From Eubacteriales bacterium (GTDB lineage: Bacteria; Bacillota; Clostridia; Oscillospirales; QAKW01): a DNA stretch of 64,000 nucleotides. Position numbers and translations under genes: made by a program. Under the pieces are notes generated by a model. The model did not search any database. It was not told the origin of the DNA and worked only from the letters and a program-made list of their open reading frames with translations. Each line of letters starts with the position of its first letter. Position 1 is the first letter of the stretch. Positions 36,620 to 43,888 of this stretch are shown one piece after another. The stretch covers positions 752-64,751 of the forward strand of contig JAZQJH010000005.1 in NCBI GenBank assembly GCA_045541555.1. Direction: 5' to 3'.

Positions 36620-37270
36620 TTAATAGTATTTCTTTTGCAAATCGAGGGGGAAGAAGTCTTCGCCGGTCTCTTTGCAAAGCTCCGCGGTAGCGGAGGTATA
36701 AACCACCGGCAAGCCGGCAAGAGCGGAAAGGGCTTCCGCCTTTTCCATGGTGTCCTTTACCGCTTGGAGGGTGGTATCTTCACCTAAATTGGAATTATTG
36801 ATGATGCCGGTACATTGGATATGCGCCGCCTGCTCGATCTCGCGCATGATGGTGAGCGCATCCTCCGGCGTGGGGGTCAGGGGACGGTAGAAATTGACGA
36901 CGAAATACATTTCATAGTCATTTTCCTCCAAGATCGCCGGTGCATACCGCCCGAGGGCGTAAGCACCTCGATCATCGCCGCCCACGTCCATCACCGCATG
37001 AAAGTCCCGGCGCTGAACCAGGCTATAAAGCTCGGCAGGCAGGGCAGGCAGATCCACGTTAGTATTGGCAAAGGCCGGAGAGATCAAGGGAATCCCTGCC
37101 TCCTCCAATTCCTTGGCGCTGTCCTTGGTGCGGAAATAGGGGTTGACGATGTCCAGGTCGGCAATCTTGACCGGCAGACCCTCTTTTTTCAACTTCAGAG
37201 CGAAGTTGACGGCCAGATTGGTCTTGCCGCTGCCGTAGTGACCGGCAAAAATATGTATTCTTTTAGCCAT
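36620..37270 (-). CDS. P-loop NTPase (MinD/ParA/SIMIBI-like) of unknown role
   Basis: The Walker A-like motif is FAGHYGSGKTNLA. 216 aa. The start overlaps the ilvE stop. Confidence 0.5.
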   Translation of the reverse strand: MAKRIHIFAGHYGSGKTNLAVNFALKLKKEGLPVKIADLDIVNPYFRTKDSAKELEEAGIPLISPAFANTNVDLPALPAELYSLVQRRDFHAVMDVGGDDRGAYALGRYAPAILEENDYEMYFVVNFYRPLTPTPEDALTIMREIEQAAHIQCTGIINNSNLGEDTTLQAVKDTMEKAEALSALAGLPVVYTSATAELCKETGEDFFPLDLQKKYY

Positions 37271-38342
37271 TGCAGACGAATTCGCTCCAGCCGAAGGGAT
37301 CCTCCTGCTTGCCCCACTGAATACCGGTCAGGTTATCGTAGAGCTTCTGGGTCAGAGGACCGATCTCGTTGTTGCAAACGGTGTACTCGGTGCCCTTATA
37401 GAAGAGATGACCGATGGGGGAGACGACGGCAGCGGTGCCGGTGCCCCAGGCTTCTTCCAGAGTGCCGTTCTGGACGGCGTCGAAGAGCTCATCCACGGAG
37501 AACAACCGCTCCTCTACCTCATAGCCCCAGGACTTCAAAAGCTCCACGCAGGACTTCCGGGTGATGCCGGGGAGGACGGAGCCGGTCAGCGCCGGGGTGA
37601 TGATCTTGCCGTTCACCTTGAACATGACGTTCATGGCACCGACTTCTTCGATATACTTACGCTCTACGCCGTCCAGCCAAAGAACCTGGGTATAGCCGTT
37701 GCGCTCGGCACGCTCGCCGGCGCGGAGAGAAGCGGCATAGTTACCGCCGCACTTGGCATAGCCGGTACCGCCGCGGACGGCACGGACATCCTCGGACTCG
37801 ATGGCGATCTTGACGGGGTTCAAGCCTTCGGCATAGTAAGCGCCCACGGGGGAGCAGATGATGGCGAAGGTGGCGTTATGGACGGCGTGGACGCCCAGAT
37901 GGGGGTCGTTACCGAAGAGGAACGGACGGATATAAAGGGAAGTGCCCTCGGAATGGGGAACCCAATCCTTTTCCAATTCCACGATGGTTTTGATGATATC
38001 CAAGCAGGCTTCCTCGTCGATCTCCGGCAGGCAAAGACGCTCTGCGGAGTTGTTCAGCCGCTTGATGTTCTCCATGGGGCGGAAGAGGCGGATGCTGCCG
38101 TCAGCAGCGCGGTAAGCCTTCATGCCCTCGAAGATCTCTGCACCGTAGTGCAGGACGGTAGAGGCCGGATGGATAGGCATCGGGCCAAAGGGGACGATGC
38201 GTGCATCATGCCAGCCCTCCTCCGTATTGTAGTCCATCAGGAACATATGGTCGGTAAAGATGCGGCCAAAGCCCAATTTGGACTCATCGGCAGGACGCTC
38301 CTTGGGAGCGGCAGTCTTGGTGATTTTGATTTCGTACTTCAT
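37263..38342 (-). CDS. ilvE: branched-chain amino acid aminotransferase
   Basis: 359 aa. FGRIFTDHMF, YGAEIFEGMKAY and the fold-type IV pattern are present. Confidence 0.9.
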   Translation of the reverse strand: MKYEIKITKTAAPKERPADESKLGFGRIFTDHMFLMDYNTEEGWHDARIVPFGPMPIHPASTVLHYGAEIFEGMKAYRAADGSIRLFRPMENIKRLNNSAERLCLPEIDEEACLDIIKTIVELEKDWVPHSEGTSLYIRPFLFGNDPHLGVHAVHNATFAIICSPVGAYYAEGLNPVKIAIESEDVRAVRGGTGYAKCGGNYAASLRAGERAERNGYTQVLWLDGVERKYIEEVGAMNVMFKVNGKIITPALTGSVLPGITRKSCVELLKSWGYEVEERLFSVDELFDAVQNGTLEEAWGTGTAAVVSPIGHLFYKGTEYTVCNNEIGPLTQKLYDNLTGIQWGKQEDPFGWSEFVCNG

Positions 38343-38363
38343 ATGTATTCTCCTCTCTGAAAA

Positions 38364-40658
38364 TTACAGCTTATTGCGTTGGATCTTACCGCTGACCGTC
38401 TTGGGAAGGCTATCCCGGAAGACGACCACACGGGGATATTTATAGGGCGCGGTGCGCGCCTTGACGTAATCCTGGATCTCTTTTTTGAGCTCGTCGGTGG
38501 GCTCGGTGCCCTTGACCAGCACGATGCTTGCCTTGACCACCTGGCCGCGAACCTCATCCGGCATGGCGGAGACGCCGCACTCCAGGACGTAGGGAAGCTC
38601 CATGATGACGTTTTCGATCTCGAAGGGTCCGATGCGGTAGCCGGAGGATTTGATGACGTCGTCTACCCGACCCACGTACCAGAAATAACCGTCTTCATCC
38701 CGCCAAGCGGTATCGCCGGTGTGATAATAGCCGTCGTGCCAGCATTCGGCGGTCTTTTCTTCGTCTTTATAGTAACCCTTGAAGAGGCCGCAGGGTGCGC
38801 CCTTGCTGACGTTGATACAGATCTCACCCACGTCACCCACCGGCACGTCCTTGCCGTCGGCATCCAGCAGATGGATGTCATAAAGGGGAACCGGCTTACC
38901 CATAGAGCCCAGCCGCGTCTTGGTACCTGCCAGATTGGCCAGCGCTACGGTAGTCTCGGTCTGACCGAAGCCTTCCATGATCTGCAGACCGGTGGCCTTT
39001 TCAAACTGACGGAATACCTCGGGGTTGAGGGCTTCGCCGGCGGTGGTCATATGCTCGATGGAAGAAAGATCGAATTTGGAAAGATCCTGCTTGATCATCA
39101 GCCGCAGCATGGTGGGCGGCGCGCAGAAGGTGGTGATATTATACTTGGCGAACATCGGCAGAATGTCGTCGGCATCGAAGCGATCGAAGTCGTAGACAAA
39201 GAGGCCGGCTTCGCAAAGCCACTGACCGTAGATCTTACCCCAGGCGGCTTTCGCCCAGCCGGTATCGGAGATGGTCAGGTGCAGACCCTCGGGATTGATG
39301 CAATGCCAATACTTGGCGGTGATCAGGTGACCCAAAGGATATTTATAACTATGCATGGCAATCTTGGGATTGCCGGTGGTGCCGGAGGTGAAGTACATCA
39401 GCATGGGATCGTCGCCGCAGGGAGCGCCCTCGCCTCGATCGTAGCGGCCGGTATAGAGCTCGTACTCTGCATCAAAGGAACGCCAGCCCTCCATGGTGCC
39501 GTTCACCATCAGCTTATGCTCCAGGGTGGGGCAATGGGGCGCGGCTTTATCCACTTCTACCGCCACGTTATCGTCGCAGGTGCAGACCACCATCTTGACG
39601 CCGGCTTTATTGATGCGGTATTCGATATCATGCTCTTTTAACTGGTTGGTGGCAGGGATGGCCACCGCGCCGATCTTATGCAACGCCAGTATACAGAACC
39701 AGAACTGATAGTGCCGCTTCAGCACCAGCATGACCTTATCGCCCTTTTGGATGCCCAAGGATTTAAAGTAGTTGGCAGTCTGGGAGGAGGCGCGCTTCAT
39801 ATCGGAGAAGGTGAAGCGGCGCTCGGTGCCGTCCTTGCTGATATGGAGCATCGCCAGCTTCTCCGGCTGCTCCCGACCCATCCGGTCGATGACGTCAAAG
39901 GCAAAGTTGAAGGAATTCTCATTCTTAAAGGAGATGGCCTTGGGGACGCCGTTCTCATCTTCGTCCACAAAAGCATAGTCCTGCCAGATGCGCTTGCGAT
40001 CTGCCACCTTCTTTTTCGCCGGGGCAATGAAGTCCCGGGTCTTGCCGGCGTGCACCAGCTTGGTGATGGGCTCGCTGGCAGGGTTCAGCACGATGGCGTA
40101 GAAGATACAGTCCTGATCCTCCACGGCGATCATGCCGTGGGGAGTGGAGGAGTCGTAATAAATACTGTCTCCTTCATGGAGGATCTCCACGTGGTCGCCT
40201 ACCTGCACTTTCAAAGCGCCCTTGACCACGATATCACATTCCTGCCCCTCATGGGTGGTCAGCTCGATATCCGCATTCTCGGACTGGGCATTATAGTCCG
40301 ATACCACGTAAAGGGGCTCTGCAATTCTGTTCTTAAAGGAAGATGCCAGATTATAATAGGTCATGCCGTGCGCCTTCTGGATCTCCTGGCCTTCACCCTT
40401 ACGAGTGACGGTATAGCCTGCCAGACGAGGACCGGTACCTTCGATGATCTCGGTGACGTCCACGTTCAGCGCCAAAGCGCAGCGATAGAGGAACGCAAAG
40501 TTCAGATCCTGCTCGCCTGCCTCGCAGCGAAGATATTCCTCTTCGCTGACGCCGGTCTTCAGCGCCATCTCCGCCTGGGTATAGCCAATAATTTCTCGCA
40601 GCGTTTTGATACGCTGCGCCATTTCCTGAATTTTAAATTCAAGTCCGGTTGCTTTCAT
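38364..40658 (-). CDS. fusion protein: XRE HTH + cupin + AMP-forming short/medium-chain acyl-CoA synthetase (behind the Val T-box)
   Basis: The N-terminus reads RIKTLREIIGYTQAEMALKTGVSEEEY (HTH) then HEGQE..GD..H..GDS.YYDS..PH (cupin). The C-terminus carries YFTSGTTGNPK, ISDTGW, YHTGD and GRVDDVIKSSGYRIGPFEIE. Confidence 0.8.
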   Translation of the reverse strand: MKATGLEFKIQEMAQRIKTLREIIGYTQAEMALKTGVSEEEYLRCEAGEQDLNFAFLYRCALALNVDVTEIIEGTGPRLAGYTVTRKGEGQEIQKAHGMTYYNLASSFKNRIAEPLYVVSDYNAQSENADIELTTHEGQECDIVVKGALKVQVGDHVEILHEGDSIYYDSSTPHGMIAVEDQDCIFYAIVLNPASEPITKLVHAGKTRDFIAPAKKKVADRKRIWQDYAFVDEDENGVPKAISFKNENSFNFAFDVIDRMGREQPEKLAMLHISKDGTERRFTFSDMKRASSQTANYFKSLGIQKGDKVMLVLKRHYQFWFCILALHKIGAVAIPATNQLKEHDIEYRINKAGVKMVVCTCDDNVAVEVDKAAPHCPTLEHKLMVNGTMEGWRSFDAEYELYTGRYDRGEGAPCGDDPMLMYFTSGTTGNPKIAMHSYKYPLGHLITAKYWHCINPEGLHLTISDTGWAKAAWGKIYGQWLCEAGLFVYDFDRFDADDILPMFAKYNITTFCAPPTMLRLMIKQDLSKFDLSSIEHMTTAGEALNPEVFRQFEKATGLQIMEGFGQTETTVALANLAGTKTRLGSMGKPVPLYDIHLLDADGKDVPVGDVGEICINVSKGAPCGLFKGYYKDEEKTAECWHDGYYHTGDTAWRDEDGYFWYVGRVDDVIKSSGYRIGPFEIENVIMELPYVLECGVSAMPDEVRGQVVKASIVLVKGTEPTDELKKEIQDYVKARTAPYKYPRVVVFRDSLPKTVSGKIQRNKL

Positions 40659-40689
40659 ACTCGTAAAATTTCCTTTCCCGGCGAGCCTA

Positions 40690-40985
40690 TTTTAAGAAAA
40701 TAAGGGGCTCGCCTCAAAGATATGATTTCTTTGAGACGAGCCTTGAAAATACTTCAATACCCGCGGTACCACTCAAATTGCATCTTGCGATGCCCCTCAG
40801 GCTCCATTAAGCCTTATGCATTAACGCAGCAGTCACGGGGAGGTTCTACTAAGGAATTCCTTTTCTTCCTCCCGGCTCAGAAGCTACAAACATCAGCATC
40901 CTCAGAACGGCTCGCACCGACCGCCGCTTCTCTGACTTCGGAAAATCTCATGCACTCTTCGTCACAGCCTTAAAAGTAGTTTATC
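40690..40985 (-). promoter_or_regulatory. T-box leader, putative Val specifier (GUA, plus-strand 40885-40887)
   Basis: Minus-strand elements: promoter TTGACA / 17 nt / ATAAAC; stem I GCTGTGACGAAG...CTTCTGAGC; AGAGA and GGTGCGAG; T-box AATTTGAGTGGTACCGCGGG; terminator 40701-40744 plus U-run. Confidence 0.75.
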
Positions 40986-41044
40986 ACATCTTGCGAGAAT
41001 TTGTCAATAGTTTATTAATATATTTATATATTATTTAGACTGCC

Positions 41045-41210
41045 GAAAAAGCGTGCAGATTTCGTCAACTCGACCGAAGGCGTATGTGATACGTCGATGG
41101 GAGAGTTGGCGGAAAGCAGAAAATTTCAATCAAATCCGCATTGGCGGATTTTTCCTTATCGAAAAAACAGAGAGAAAGAGTACAAACCCTCCCTCTCTCT
41201 GCGTTTTTAA
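41045..41210 (+). ncRNA. copy B of the repeated structured intergenic element
   Basis: Outer stem CAACTC (41066-41071) pairs with GAGTTG (41103-41108). The inner hairpin lies at 41079-41095. Hairpin AAATCCGC..GCGGATTTTT lies at 41132-41153. A second hairpin lies at 41168-41201. Confidence 0.5.
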
Positions 41211-41272
41211 AATAATTGAAAAACCAGTGTTTTTTGCTTTTCTGCGGTCTGTGCCTTTTTCGGGAGTCGAGG

Positions 41273-43540
41273 TTAGAGCTTATTTCTTTGGATTTTACCG
41301 CTGATGGTCTTGGGCAGTTCGTCCTTGAAGACGATGACCCGGGGATACTTATAGGGGGCGGTATGGGTCTTGACGTAGTTCTGGATCTCCTTTTTGAGTT
41401 CCTCGGTGCCTTCGGTGCCGGGGGTCAGCACGATGCTGGCCTTGACCACCTGACCGCGGATCTCATCGGGAGCGGCGGAAACGCCGCATTCCAGGACGTA
41501 GGGAAGCTCCATGATGACGCTTTCGATCTCAAAGGGTCCGATGCGGTAGCCGGAGGATTTGATGACGTCGTCGATCCGGCTGACGTACCAGAAATAACCG
41601 TCCTCGTCCCGCCATGCGGTATCGCCGGTGTGATACATGCCGTCGTACCAGGCGTTGTCGGTCTTCTCCTGATCGCGGTAATACTGCTTAAAGAGACCGC
41701 AGGGGATGGACTTATCGGTATGGATGACGATTTCGCCGGTCTCGCCATCTGCCACCGGGTTGCCCTCGGGGTCAACGATATCCACGTCGAACTGGGGAGA
41801 TGCCTTGCCCATAGAGCCGATCTTGGGGGCGGTGCCGACCAGGTTGCCGATGGCAAGGGTGGTCTCGGTCTGACCGAAGCCCTCCATGATCTCCAGGCCG
41901 GTGGCATCCCGGAACTGCTTGAATACTTCGGGGTTCAAGGCCTCGCCGGCGGTGGTCATATGATGGATGGAGGAGAGATCGTATTTGGAGAGATCTCCCT
42001 TGATGAGCATTCTCAGCATGGTGGGAGGAGCGCAGAAGGTGGTGATATTGTACTTGGCGAACATGGGGAGGATCTCGTCGGCATCAAAGCGGTCGAAATC
42101 GTAGACGAAGACGGCGCCCTCGCAGAGCCATTGACCGTAGAGCTTACCCCAGAGGGATTTGCCCCAGCCGGTATCGGAGATGGTCAGATGCAAGCCGACC
42201 CGCTCACAACAATGCCAGTACTTAGCGGTAACAAAGTGCCCCAGGCCATAAGTATGCTTATGGGCGGCCATCTTGGGATTGCCGGTGGTGCCGGAGGTGA
42301 AGAACATCAGGGCGATCTCATCACCGCCGCCGCAATCGGCAGTCCGCTCAAATTTGGTGGAGAACCGGGCAAATTCGGTGTTGAAATCATGCCAGCCCTC
42401 TTTCGGCTGACCGACGATGATCTTGGTCTTGAGGCAGTCGCATTTTTCTGCGGCGGCTGCGGCGATATCGGCGGTATCGCCGTCGGAGGTGCAGACGATG
42501 GCGCTGACACCGGCAGCGGTATAACGATATTCAAAGTCGTGCTCCTTGAGCTGGTTGGTGGCCGGGATGGCGATGGCACCCAGCTTATGCAGGGCGATCA
42601 TGGCGAACCAGAACTGATAGTGGCGCTTCAGCACCAGCATGACCCGGTCGCCCTTCTTGATGCCCAGAGAAGCAAAATAGTTTGCGGTCTGGTTGCTGTA
42701 TTTCTTGATATCCTTGAAGGTGAAGCGGCGCTCATTTTTATGAACGTCCAGATGGAGCATCGCCAGCTTATCGGGATACTTATCGGCGATGGCGTCCACG
42801 ATGTCAAAGCCGTAGTTGAAGTGTTCGGTATTGACGAACTCGATCTTTTGCAGACTGCCATGCTCGTCTTCCTGGGTCTTGACGAACTTTTCGCAGATGA
42901 GCTCCTCAGACTTTTTGGCGGTCACGATGCTCTTGCGGACGGTAGACTCCTTGGTCTCCTCGCCGGGCAATACCACTGCCAAAAAGACGCAGTCGGCACC
43001 GTCTACGGCGATCATGCCGTGGGGAGTAGAAGAGTTATAATAGATGCTGTCGCCCTCATGCAGGAGTTCGGTATGTTCGCCGATCTGCACCTTCAGGGAG
43101 CCGCTGAGGATCAGGTCAAATTCCTGACCGCTGTGCTTGGTGAGGTGGATGGGCTTATTCTGCTGAGCGGGATCGTATTCATAGCGTACGTGGTACGGCT
43201 CCGCGATTTTATCCCGGAACATCGGTGCGAGGTTGCGGATGTCAATGCCGTCCTCCTGCGCGGTGGTCTGACCCTGACCCTTCCGGGTGACGGTATAGCT
43301 GGAAAGACGGGCGGAATGACCCTCCAAAAGCTCGGTCAGCTCCACGTCAAAAGCCAATGCACACTTATGTATAAAGGTAAAGGGAATATCCGCTTGAGCG
43401 TTTTCGTAAATCAGATACTGCTCCCGGCTGACTTCTGTTTTGGCAGCCATTTCGCCGACCGACCAGCCCAGAATATCACGCATCTCCTTGATACGGGCGG
43501 CGATCTCAGTCAATCGAAGCATTGCGGTGTTGGTGTTCAT
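41273..43540 (-). CDS. fusion protein: XRE HTH + cupin + AMP-forming acyl-CoA synthetase, paralog (behind the Ile T-box)
   Basis: Same architecture and long identical blocks (DFDRFDAD.ILPMFAKYNITTFCAPPTML). The true start is the ATG at 43540 (MNTNTAML), after the leader terminator. The ORF-track start at 43657 lies inside the T-box. Confidence 0.8.
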   Translation of the reverse strand: MNTNTAMLRLTEIAARIKEMRDILGWSVGEMAAKTEVSREQYLIYENAQADIPFTFIHKCALAFDVELTELLEGHSARLSSYTVTRKGQGQTTAQEDGIDIRNLAPMFRDKIAEPYHVRYEYDPAQQNKPIHLTKHSGQEFDLILSGSLKVQIGEHTELLHEGDSIYYNSSTPHGMIAVDGADCVFLAVVLPGEETKESTVRKSIVTAKKSEELICEKFVKTQEDEHGSLQKIEFVNTEHFNYGFDIVDAIADKYPDKLAMLHLDVHKNERRFTFKDIKKYSNQTANYFASLGIKKGDRVMLVLKRHYQFWFAMIALHKLGAIAIPATNQLKEHDFEYRYTAAGVSAIVCTSDGDTADIAAAAAEKCDCLKTKIIVGQPKEGWHDFNTEFARFSTKFERTADCGGGDEIALMFFTSGTTGNPKMAAHKHTYGLGHFVTAKYWHCCERVGLHLTISDTGWGKSLWGKLYGQWLCEGAVFVYDFDRFDADEILPMFAKYNITTFCAPPTMLRMLIKGDLSKYDLSSIHHMTTAGEALNPEVFKQFRDATGLEIMEGFGQTETTLAIGNLVGTAPKIGSMGKASPQFDVDIVDPEGNPVADGETGEIVIHTDKSIPCGLFKQYYRDQEKTDNAWYDGMYHTGDTAWRDEDGYFWYVSRIDDVIKSSGYRIGPFEIESVIMELPYVLECGVSAAPDEIRGQVVKASIVLTPGTEGTEELKKEIQNYVKTHTAPYKYPRVIVFKDELPKTISGKIQRNKL

Positions 43541-43565
43541 GGTGTTTTCTCCTTTACAAAATTTA

Positions 43566-43837
43566 AAAATAAAAAGACTCGTCTCAAATTTCTTTGAGAC
43601 GAGTCTTGAATAAACAATACCCGCGGTACCACTCAAATTGCATCCAAAGGATGCCACTCAGGCTCTATCAAGCCGTATGCATTCACGCAGCAATCACGAA
43701 GGGCGCCTACCTATCGGACCCTCAGCTCGGAAGTGATGGGAAATTCAGCAGTCCTTTACCGGGATCACACCACCCCCGGCTCTCTTTGAAAATCGTTGCC
43801 GATTCCGTCTTCGTCATCGCTTTTACAATATGAAATT
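43566..43837 (-). promoter_or_regulatory. T-box leader, putative Ile specifier (AUC, plus-strand 43735-43737)
   Basis: Promoter TTGACA (43867-43872, rc) / 17 nt / TAAAAT (43844-43849, rc). Stem I is GCGATGACGAAG...CTTCCGAGC. AGAGAG and GGTGGTG are present. The T-box is AATTTGAGTGGTACCGCGGG. The terminator AAGACTCGTCTC..GAGACGAGTCTT is followed by a U-run. Confidence 0.8.
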
Positions 43838-43888
43838 ATGATTATTTTAGCACCGCTTTTCGGCGTTGTCAATAGTTTTTTGAAAAAA

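Noticed and set aside
41216-43597. A 793-aa plus-strand ORF, with similar long antisense ORFs at 38379-39641, 39678-40703, 43796-45043, 45206-46090, 46321-47733, 7770-9257, 53259-54677 and 57063-58343.
   Set aside because: Each lies exactly antisense to a gene with clear conserved motifs. Their translations are low-complexity (rich in G, D, H, A, L, V) and they lack RBS and promoters. They are a codon-bias artefact of GC-rich third positions on the true coding strand.
43541-43657. The ORF-track N-terminal extension of the acyl-CoA synthetase fusion. Analogous extensions exist at 47713-47799, 54858-54917, 60146-60223 and 36607-36720.
   Set aside because: The extensions run through T-box or riboswitch terminators or upstream genes. 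Internal ATGs with good RBS are present, and the conserved protein N-termini begin there.
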